This document shows, one piece after another, positions 54,400 to 64,000 of a stretch of 64,000 nt of DNA. Origin of the DNA: Hormiphora californensis (taxonomy: Eukaryota; Animalia; Ctenophora); contig CM035351.1 of assembly GCA_020137815.1 (NCBI GenBank), forward strand, positions 1,364,001 through 1,428,000. Direction: 5' to 3'. The notes under the pieces are model-generated. The model was given only the letters and a program-made list of their open reading frames with translations. It did not search any database and was not told the DNA's origin. How positions within the stretch are numbered: the first letter of the stretch is position 1; each line of letters begins with the position of its first letter. Both the position numbers and the translations under genes were made by a program.

Positions 54400-56751
54400 T
54401 CATTTCCGTTTGCCACCCGGCTTGCCACCTTTCTTAAAACCTCCTCCGCCACCGCCACTCTTTCCTTTAAAACCTCCACCACCACCACCGCTTTTTCCTT
54501 TGAAACCTCCACCACCACCGCTTTTTCCTTTGAAACCTCCTCCACCACCGCCACTCTTCCCTTTGAAACCTCCACCGCTCTTTCCTTTAAATCCTCCTGG
54601 CTTGTGCTGGGCTCGGTTCTTTGCCTTCACCTTCCTATCCTTGATGATGGTGTCCACGCTCTTTAGCTCGCTCTTCCCTCCCGTTTCCTTGGTGTAGTGC
54701 CAGCCTCTCCTCCTACCCTGGGGTCCCCTGCCTCCTCCACCCTCCTCCTTCTCCCCCGTGGACAGAGCAGTCTTCTTGGCCTTCGTCACCCATTCCTTGT
54801 ACCTTCCACTCTTATAACTCGCTTTCACCTTACTTCCATCTTCTGCCCTCACCGTCTTCTCATTTCCATCCTTATCCATCCGAACAAACCTCTTCTTTTT
54901 CTGGTCCCACTGCTGCTTTGCCTTCTGTTTCTTGATCATATCAATATCATCACCAGCCAAATCAAATGTTGCATCCTTCACATCCCGCTCAAATCCTAGA
55001 CTCAGTGCCCTGTCCTCTGCATCCTGATTCCCGGGTCGGGTGTACGGGATGTAACCATCGTCCTTTGTTGGTGCTGGTTTCTCCACCTCTACAAATACTG
55101 AACCCATCTCTCCCTCGGTCGCTTTGTCTGCATCTGAAACTGCCGGGAGAGACAGTTTTGGGACTTTAGCTGCTGATTTGAACTTCTCGTGGATCTCTCG
55201 TTTGCGTTTCATGATCCCTTGACATTCATTCTTGTCTGTTTTGCTGATCTCAAAGATGGTAGTCCTACCCCTGTAAGTTCTCAACTGAGCTAGAACGGAA
55301 TCCCTCTCAACAAGGGAGGCGTCTGATGGAAATTTAGGGTGTGATGCGAGAACTGGTACCTCTTTGGCACGTACCACGGACTCCGTCGCTGGGTGACCAC
55401 GAGATCGAATGTAATGTTTGTGGCCATTTCGGTAGGTTTTCTGGGTGGAATCAAGGACACAGTTGATCCTGTGGAGAGAGTTAATTCTCTCGTTCTGAGT
55501 GTCAATATGGTACTGAGGCAGCACACCAAGACAGTCCTGATCTGATGTACTGACCTCTGACCCTGCTGTAGTGAAAGTAACATTGCGACCCAGATACAGA
55601 TACAAATCGAACAGGAAGGGAAGTTCATCTCCCCCAACAAGAGAATAGGCAGTACCAGTTTTACCCGCACGTGCAACTCGACCCACCCTGTGGACGTACA
55701 GTTTGGCAGTTTGTGGAAAGTTGAAGTTGATGACATTGTCCAACAAAGGCACATCAATACCACGGGCAGCAATATCCGTGACAAGTAGCACATTAACTTT
55801 CTTGTGATAAAACTTAGCGGCTGCGATTTTCCGTGCTGTTTGATCCAAGGAGCTGTAGATTGAAGCACACGGAAGGCTAATACTGGAAAACAGCTCTGCT
55901 GCATACTCAACATGATGCTTTGTGGGAAAGAAGATGACTGTTTGCTCTGTTGAAGTGATAATGGTATGCTCCATTAGATGTAACAACACTGCCCATTTGT
56001 TTTCCTCGTTTACACGCAGGTGAACTGTTTTCAATCCATCACTCAGCTTGCTGTCAGTATCTAGCCGAACCAATACTGGCTCTTTGAGACCAGCCCGGGC
56101 AAACTCGACCACTGAACGCGGAAGAGTGGCACTAAACAAAGTTGTTTGTCGTTCCTTAGGTAACCGGCCGCAAATCTCCCCGAGCTGATCTGCGAATCCC
56201 ATTTCAAACAACCTATCAGCTTCGTCGCAGATGAGCATTTCCACAGCTGGTAGTTTGAGATTCATCTCATGAATCAAGTGGACAAGTCGACCTGGTGTGG
56301 CTATCACAATATCCGGATTATCATGAAGAGATTGAAACTGCTCACTCATGCTGTCACCACCAAGAATCAGTGTAATCCGTAGGTTCCTCCCCCGGGAGAA
56401 ATCTTTGGCAAACTTCATTGTCTGAATGGCAAGTTCCCTCGTAGGTGATAAAATAAGACATCTGATTCCAACAACAACACTGTGTTCTTTCATTAACTCA
56501 ATGGCAGGGAGAAGAAAAGCAGCAGTTTTTCCTGATCCCGTTCGGGCCATAGCAACCACATCTCGCTTATCAAGCAGTAGAGGTATTGTTTTTCGTTGAA
56601 TAGGTGTTGGAATTTTGTACCCTTTTTTGACTGCCGCTTTTACTGTCTTCGATGAAAGACCGAGGGAATAAAACCCGCCACTCTTGGATTTCTTGTTTTG
56701 CTCCTGGACGAGTTTCTGGGTCTCATCTTCGCTCCCTGACTCGTCAGACAT
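54400..56751 (-). CDS. DDX54: DEAD-box RNA helicase DDX54/Dbp10, intronless
   Basis: KKSKSGGF, PTPIQRKTIP, MARTGSGKT, DEAD, SAT, HRVGRVARAG, and DBP10CT-like WDQKKKRFV...KASYKSGRYKEW. Confidence 0.96.
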   Translation of the reverse strand: MSDESGSEDETQKLVQEQNKKSKSGGFYSLGLSSKTVKAAVKKGYKIPTPIQRKTIPLLLDKRDVVAMARTGSGKTAAFLLPAIELMKEHSVVVGIRCLILSPTRELAIQTMKFAKDFSRGRNLRITLILGGDSMSEQFQSLHDNPDIVIATPGRLVHLIHEMNLKLPAVEMLICDEADRLFEMGFADQLGEICGRLPKERQTTLFSATLPRSVVEFARAGLKEPVLVRLDTDSKLSDGLKTVHLRVNEENKWAVLLHLMEHTIITSTEQTVIFFPTKHHVEYAAELFSSISLPCASIYSSLDQTARKIAAAKFYHKKVNVLLVTDIAARGIDVPLLDNVINFNFPQTAKLYVHRVGRVARAGKTGTAYSLVGGDELPFLFDLYLYLGRNVTFTTAGSEVSTSDQDCLGVLPQYHIDTQNERINSLHRINCVLDSTQKTYRNGHKHYIRSRGHPATESVVRAKEVPVLASHPKFPSDASLVERDSVLAQLRTYRGRTTIFEISKTDKNECQGIMKRKREIHEKFKSAAKVPKLSLPAVSDADKATEGEMGSVFVEVEKPAPTKDDGYIPYTRPGNQDAEDRALSLGFERDVKDATFDLAGDDIDMIKKQKAKQQWDQKKKRFVRMDKDGNEKTVRAEDGSKVKASYKSGRYKEWVTKAKKTALSTGEKEEGGGGRGPQGRRRGWHYTKETGGKSELKSVDTIIKDRKVKAKNRAQHKPGGFKGKSGGGFKGKSGGGGGGFKGKSGGGGGFKGKSGGGGGGFKGKSGGGGGGFKKGGKPGGKRK

Positions 56752-57348
56752 TTCTGCGACTAAAAAGGGTGTAGTGGTGTTAGTTATATTCGAAATAATG
56801 GTTTCGTGACACTTAACAAGGCAAAACAGCCTGACAGTCGAGCAGAAAGATGCCAGAAAGCGAAAAAAAAATTGAGTGTAAAAAAATTTTGAAATTAAAT
56901 TTTAAAATTTTGAGTTTCATATCAATAGCACGCCGCGCGGCAGCGGTATCGCGGAATTTGTTCGCGCGTTCCATTAATTTTAAGATTCGCAAATACAAAT
57001 GTCAAAAAGCAAACTCTTAACTTCACATTTGGATTTTGATTTCAGTTTTTGTTTTTTTAAGTCAAAAAGCGCTTCACCTTCACGAGTGACGAGTGGAGTG
57101 AGGCCAGCCTGTAGCAACAAAATCAAAAACTGAGTCTTGTTATTTGTCACTTCTCCCAGAGTCCAGACAACTGTTTTACCATTTGCGATTTACCTAAAGT
57201 TTGACTGAAAACTGTTTCCTGTACTGCAGTTTTCATCAGACAGATAATTACTCATTTACTTAACAACTTGTCCAACTTAACTGTAATCAATTAAAACGTA
57301 ACTTTTTTTAAAGAAGGGAAGTTTTTGTTGCCAGAAAAGGACAAAGAT
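56752..57348. promoter_or_regulatory. Probable bidirectional promoter region between DDX54 and DNAH2
   Basis: Head-to-head starts 597 bp apart; CpG-rich patch ~56930-56970; RFX-like half site GTAGCAAC at ~57111. Confidence 0.55.
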
Positions 57349-60300
57349 ATGGCTTCGGGAGGCGCTCCTGCGTCTACTGAAGATGCACCGTATCTGGCAC
57401 CGGTACGTAGATGGTAAAACAAGTGGTTTTTATGAGTTTGTAAACTATGAGCATTAATTATAACGTCTTTTCTTCTCAGGAGGAGATCCTTAAGCCGCGG
57501 GTCTGCTTATCAGGATTGACCGCCGATATGTGGCAAGAAAGCCACTACAGTGCCATTTACCGATTCTTTTGCGACGAAAACTGTCGAGTTCTCATTGCCT
57601 ACATTGATAAGAACATGGGTCTGGTCGTTGACAACGTCGTCCCTAGCACACAGGTAGAGTATGGTGTCTTACATACTTTGTTAAAGTTTGTGTTTTCAGA
57701 CATATTTCTAACATTCCTTGTTCTACAGCCGAGTCAAGTGTCATACTTCATCAAGTTAGAGCCAGCGAAGTTATCCAAAACGAACTTCAACAAGTCCGTG
57801 ACTTATGGCTCCTGTAACGCTGATTATATGCACAACTTGCTGGGCTCCATGCACTCCATCTTTGCCCCAGTATTCTTCAAGAATACCACCTGGCCAGAGA
57901 GTAAGTTTATCTGCAAATTATATTTTAGTCATTTGAGCTACCTGATATCTATGACGCTGGATTATGACCCTTCTCTTGCTCCACAGGTGTGCGGAACGAC
58001 TTTGCAGGACAGCTCCACAAGTTCATGGCGTGTCTAACGGACACCGCCCATAAGATCGAGGGAAAGACTGTTCTGTACATTCCAGAGGAAGATGTCAGTA
58101 CCTCCCTGGAGACGTGTGCCAGGAACAAGGATCTTGTAGCACGACTTGAAAGTACGTTCACAGAAAATGAAAAACTTACTTTGATATTGTTGGGTTTTAC
58201 TGGAGGACTATAACAACAACATTTCAGCATCTGTTATTCACTGGACGAGGCAAATCAAGGAAGTCCTCAGTGCTCAGGATGCGCTAGAGATGAGTGAGAG
58301 CAGTGGTCCTCTAGAGGAGATAGCGTTTTGGAAGAGTCGCTGTACTGATCTCTCTGGAATATCGAAGCAGCTAGACCAGGATGGAGTACAGTCAATCAAG
58401 GAGATTCTACGTCTGTCAAAGTAATTTCAACCCACATTACATCTGATTATCTACTGATATTATGATATAATGATTTTCTGACACCAGATCTAGATCTGTT
58501 CTTAATTGAATATTAGTACTGCAAAATCGTTGATTCTCTTTAATTACCAGATGTTTCTCCCCTAACATTTAACACTCTTATTTCAGGTCCTCATATCTAG
58601 CTCCATTTGCTAAGCTCGCTAAGCAGATCCAGGAGAATACCGTCCAGGCTCAATCCAACCTCAAATTCCTCTCAACTCTTAAAGAGCCCTGTGAGGATCT
58701 GGCCAAGTCTGAACCTGCCAGTATCCCTCCAATGCTGTCCAAGATTCTCAATGTGATCCGGGTGATCTGGACCAACTCTGAGCATTATCGGAGTAGGGAG
58801 CGGCTCACTGCACTTCTCAGGAAATTCTCTAACGAGATTATCCAGAGGTGCTGCACCAAGATCTCCCTAGAGGACATCTTTACTGGCCAGGTTGAGAGGA
58901 GTCTGGAGGGACTGGACCAGAGTATAGAGTGCTGTGAGGCCTGGAAGGATGCTTACAATCACGCTGCAGCTACCCACAACCGCTTTAGCGAGGTCAAGTG
59001 GCTGCTTGATAGGAATAGCATCTTTGCCCAGATCGATGCCTTTGTACAGAGGTGTCGGGATCTGAAGGAGGTGTGCGAGGGACAGAGTCAGTTTGGACGG
59101 TACTCCAACGGACAAAAGAGGCCCCTGCCTATCTTCGCGGGTCTAAAGGGTCCCGAGATTGCCAGAAGTTTGAAGGATATCGAGGATGCCTTCGAGAAGA
59201 ATCTGAACATTCTGAGGAAGGTGAAGGCTACAATTCTGGATGTCAAGTCTACTGCCTGGCATGACGCTTACAACAAGTACGTAGTGTTGGCTTCTAAAAC
59301 AGTAGATTCATCATCTAGGACTTGAAGCTACTTGCCTTTTCGTTTTGTAATTCGTCGGTCAAATCATTATGTTTCCCAGGTTCCGTATGGGAGTCAAGGA
59401 TTTGGAGGTGATGATGCAGAATGTTATTTCTTCTGCATTTGAAACAGTCACCACTGTGGAACTAGGTGTTCAAGTCTTGGATGTCTTCCAGCATCTATCT
59501 TCCAGAGAAGTACGGGTCTTTAGATTTTCGGAATCAGCTCTTACTCACTCGATTTCTCCTTTAGATAATAATTAAGTTTTTGTCAATATTCTAACATTCT
59601 TGATATCTCAGGCAATCCGTCGTACCATTGACAAGAAGACTGTGGATGTGTACCAGAGGTTTAACGAGGAGCTGAACTTTGTCAAGAAAGAGTTCAACAC
59701 GAAGACCCCCAACCTGACTCCCACCCAGCCCAAGTTTGCCGGCGCTGCTGCCTGGGCCAGGGCACTCAAGAGACGTATCGACAGGCCAATGGATGTGATC
59801 AACAAGGCGTACTACCTACCCCGTATTGGTGCTGGTGAGGAGATCAGGAACCAGTATACTCAGCTTAGTCAGGCGCTGGAAGAATTTGTCGGGAAGACCT
59901 TCCAGGAATGGGCACTGTCAATAGACAAGGTATAAAATACACCCAAAATACACTGCACTTACAAAGAGGTTGAATCGTATTTATAAAACAACACTATTTC
60001 CAAAAACCATCCCATTCCCTTATTCGACTAACGCTGAACTCCAAGTTTTACGCTCAGGATCTATGTCATCTCCTGGATGCCCCTTTGATGACACGATGTG
60101 CAGACAAGACATCCATGCTCGACGTCAACTTCGATAAGTAAGTAGTACCTTCTGATTGGCTCCACCATTGTTACATGTCAAGTTCCGACCTAGAAGTCAG
60201 ATCATGAGTTTACCACTTCTAACCTATCCCCCCCCCCCAATCTAGGACGCTACTGAAGCTGTTCCGTGAGATCTACTACTGGGAGCGGCTCAAGTTTGAG

Positions 60301-63002
60301 ATCCCTCACTACGCTGCAGAGGTGTACGCTAAGGAGGAGGAGCTAAGATCCCTCAGAGAGAATGTTCTGCTTGTGGTTCGGGACTACAACAGGATCATAT
60401 CGGCTCTCAATACTGAGGAAAGGGGCCTCTTCAAGGTTTGTTGTAGTGCTACTTCAACTATCATTTCTTGTTTTTTGTAATACTCAGTGTCATGATACAA
60501 TCCAGGTAGTTTCTAACACCCTGCCCCTACTCCAGGTAGTTTCTAACACCCTGCCCCTACTCCAGGTAGTTTCTAACACCCTGCCCCTACTCCAGCTGGA
60601 TTCAGGTAGTTTCTAACACCCTGCCCCTACTCCAGGTAGTTTCTAACACCTGCCCCTAATCCAGCTGGATCCAGGTAGTTTCTAACACCCTGCCCCTACC
60701 CCAGGTAGTTTCTAACACCCTGCCCCTACTCCAGGTAGTTTCTAACACCTGCCCCTACCCCAGGTAGTTTCTAACACCCTGCCCCTACCCCAGCTTGATC
60801 CAGGTAGTTTCTAACACCCTGCCCCTATCCCAGCTGGATCCAGGTAGTTTCTAACACCCTGCCCCTACCCCAGGAGCGTATCAAGTTCCTTGACAAGAAG
60901 GTCCATGCCGGCCTCACCAAGTTGAGTTGGGCCACTAAGGGACCCACTACTGAATACTTCATGAACGAGTGTAGGAACCACGCCAGCAAGGTCCAGTCCA
61001 TCGTGGACAGCTATAAACATGCCAACAGATCCATCCAGGGCCTGTGTAAGAGGATCAGTGAGTCTCTCCTAGTACACATTGATAGCAAGAGGATCTACGA
61101 AAATAATGAGGTGAGAACAGGAACACTAACCATAATTCTATGGTTTACAGCTACTAATACACAGCTACTAGACTAAAACTTGTTCAACTATTATAACCTC
61201 CCATTCCCCTTTCGAGATGTATTCTCTCTGACCCCTCTACTCCCAACAGTTCGAAACAGAGCAACAGAAGCACAGGAGTGTCCAACAGACCAAGTTAGTC
61301 CATCTTCACGAGGAGATAATCAGTATTATGAAGACCACATACGAGACTTTCAAGAACGATGGGGCAGATGTTCAGATGCACTGGCACCGGTACACAGAGA
61401 AAACAGACCGGATGGTGGAGGAGGCGTTCCGATTGAACATCAAGAGGTCCCTACAGGAGTTGTCCAGAGCTATCCATGGTGATGGCAAGACGGCTCCTAA
61501 CCCACTCTTCAAGGTCAAGGTTGTCCTTCACGAGGGAGATAAGGTACGTTGTGGAAAGTGCTGGGGGAGATAAGGTAGTTCTTGTTGGGGTGGTAGATTT
61601 GGTGATTACTGACCTCGATATATATCGTAGTTATAACTAACAAGGATCTAGATTTTCACCAGCTTTGAAACATCTAACATCCACGTTTACAAACTAACAT
61701 CTCTCCAGCCTAACTAACATGTAACATTTCTCCAGCCCAACTAACATGCTAACATTTCTCCAGCCCAACTAACATGCTAACATTTCTCCAGCCCAACTAA
61801 CATGTAACATCTCTCCAGCCTAACTAACATGTAACATCTCTCCAGCCCAACTAACATGTAACATCTCTCCAGCCCAACTAACATGTAACATCTCCCCAGC
61901 CCAACTAACATGTAACATCTCCCCAGCCCAACTAACATGCTAACATCTCTCCAGCCCAACTAACATGCTAACATCTCTCCAGCCCAACTAACATGTAACA
62001 TCTCTCCAGCTCAACTAACATGTAACATTTCTCCAGGTTGATTTCTCGCCTACTACCAAGAAACTGGCTGATATTGTGAACATGTGTGCTAAGGATCTAA
62101 CCACCTGTATTTCTATTGTACCCCGTCTACCTGAGGTGCTATCTAAGAGGAAGGGAAACAGAGAGACCCTGGTAAGTAGTGGATGGTTTATACTCATATT
62201 TTTGAACTAATTGTGCAAAAATTAAACTTGAAGCCCATCAAGTTCGTAGTTAGAACTAAACACTGAGGGGCATTAAAGAGAAATGTGTCAACATTGCAAT
62301 ACCTGACTAACCCCTCTCTCAGCGAACTTTTAACCTACTAAGCAAGCAGGAGGTAAGCGTAATAACAGTGCAGCAAAAGTGATTCAAATTTACATCATGA
62401 ACGCTCTAGAACTGATTTAACCAAATTAATTCCTGCCTTTAAAACGCACACAAATCCCATTTCTTTCTCCTTGGACCATTCAAATGCTATCCTGAATATA
62501 TCCCGGGGCTTTTGATCAGCATGCCTGTGATGTGAAACATCATACACTTGACACACTTTTAACACATTTCTGTTAACATTACCTAACATTGTGCTATTAC
62601 TTCTCAGCCCATCTACGCTGTGATCTCAAACGATGAGGAAACGAAGAAGTTGAAGACACAGATCAACGCGTGCATGGCAACTAACGCAGGTGGGTGCAGA
62701 ATATCACCACCACCTTCCATTTTCCACCTTTACCAAGGTTTGCCTCAAACTAACTATCTTCTCCTTATTCAGGTCACCTGGTTAGCTATCTACACACCTG
62801 GGACAACTGTAGGGAGCTATGGGACATCAATAAGGATGCCTTCATTCGCAGATACCAGAAACTCAAACCTCTAATGAGCAAGTTTGATGCTGATATTAGC
62901 CGATACTCCGAGGTGGCGAACAATATCCAGAAAGAGGAAACTGTACAGACGATCCAGTTTGTACTGCTCGATTGTCAGCCCCTCAAGTTTGCTCTTCTCC
63001 AG
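57349..63002 (+). CDS. DNAH2: Axonemal inner-arm dynein heavy chain (I1-beta/DNAH2), N-terminal tail exons; continues beyond window
   Basis: WPESVRNDFAGQLHKFMACLTDT...TVLYIP, IHWTRQIKEVLSAQ...GPLEEIAFW, IRVIWTNSEHY, IFAQIDAFVQRCRDL, AIHGDGKTAPNPLFKV. Confidence 0.93.
60502..60873 (+). repeat. Intronic minisatellite: 11 copies of a ~30-nt GT...CTAAC...CAG unit ending at the real acceptor
   Basis: (CCAG)GTAGTTTCTAACACCCTGCCCCTACTCCAG; the exon ERIKFLDKK starts at 60874. Confidence 0.93.
61690..62036 (+). repeat. Intronic minisatellite: 13 copies of a 27-28-nt branch point/acceptor unit ending at the real acceptor
   Basis: CCCAACTAACATG(C)TAACATYTCTCCAG; the exon VDFSPT starts at 62037. Confidence 0.93.
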
Positions 63003-63116
63003 GTAAACAATAAACCGCTATATTAGTTTAGACCGCAATAGCCACTACAGACAATAAACAACTGCACTAGTTTAGGCCACTCTTCAAACAGATGAATTGA
63101 TCAACTAAGTGAGATA

Positions 63117-64000
63117 TTAGGTTGTCCAGTAAATATTTTCGTTTGGCTTTTATTGGGAAAATGGTTTGAGATAGAGCAAAATGGACTTCACCACAGTTTT
63201 TCTCACGCGATTTTGGATCGGAATATCATGCCTGATATCGGTATTTGGCTGTTCTCGGTTCCCACCAGGCTATTTACTCTACACCACTCTTGATGCTGCT
63301 GCATATGAAAAATCGCTATTTTCGAGTTTTAGCACTAAAGCTGCTGTACTTCCTAAAAATGGTACCTGAGTGATGTTTTGTTGCATCAAGCTTGTTCATT
63401 GGACAATTATCTATCGTTTAAGATGTAATAAAAGATTCTATCTTTATTTTGTCACTTAGCAATGGGCCTCCAAAAAGTTTTGGTCAAAATTAGAAACTTT
63501 CACTTCCGGGTCTCACCAGGATTGGCTCATAATCAAAAACTCTGCAGTAAAAGATAGTTCTAAGTCAGTTCTACGACGTAGTGAACCCAATTATGTGATT
63601 GGTTGACTTAAAAAGCGAGTTTTTGACGTTTTCGAACACACCCGTAAAACAGGCCAGATGTTTTTGCGCCTTTTCGATTTTTGATGTTAGATTTACTGTT
63701 CTAGTGGTTACTATCGAACGCGTAGAGACCCAAATCGCGTATACATTTTATCCTTGGACGATTTGCTATCGATTAAGCACCATTGGAGCTAAAAAGACTG
63801 TACCAGTTTTCTTAGGGAAGCGTTTAAAAAACTTTGGTGACCCCGTGCAGCGGCAACAACAGCGGGGTAGAGAAAATAGCTTGCTGGCACCCCAGAAAAA
63901 CTATATACCGATATCAGGCATGATATTCCGATCCAAAATCGCGTGAAAAAAACTGTGGTGAAGTCCAATTTGCTCTATCTCAAACCATTTTCCTAATAAA
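63117..64000. mobile_element. Mariner-like MITE with long TIRs in a DNAH2 intron (right end just beyond window)
   Basis: TA|TTAGGTTGTCC start; 63149-63245 is the reverse complement of ~63905-64000. Confidence 0.75.

Overview
Eukaryotic (invertebrate metazoan) genomic DNA: compact and gene-dense, with short GT-AG introns, CTAAC-type branch points, many (CT/GA)n microsatellites and one 100-N scaffold gap. A ctenophore-like genome would fit, but that is inference. Genes in order: PPM1E/F-like PP2C phosphatase (+, 5' part outside window), RGS22/RGSL1-like (-), an orphan charged ORF (-), ppGalNAc-T-like glycosyltransferase (-), UBAP1 (+), a secreted or membrane-anchored unknown protein (+), GSS (-), TRAPPC11 (-), PNP, BET1, SUGCT-like CoA-transferase, LSM10 and DDX54 (all -, tightly packed, nearly intronless), and the 5' part of axonemal dynein DNAH2 (+). 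More than a dozen non-autonomous DNA elements with readable TIRs/TSDs and several LINE relics are present. Main observations: (1) five independent minisatellites whose repeat unit is a 3' splice site (branch point, pyrimidine tract, YAG), the last copy being the working acceptor; (2) an operon-like cluster in which every gene has an apparently unpaired splice acceptor just before its ATG, a spliced-leader trans-splicing signature; (3) an R4/Dong-type retroelement abutting (AG)n, with covarying hairpin repeats in its 3' region; (4) a 1.34-kb near-perfect foldback element inside an intron; (5) a family of 40-60 bp elements with 8-bp TSDs.
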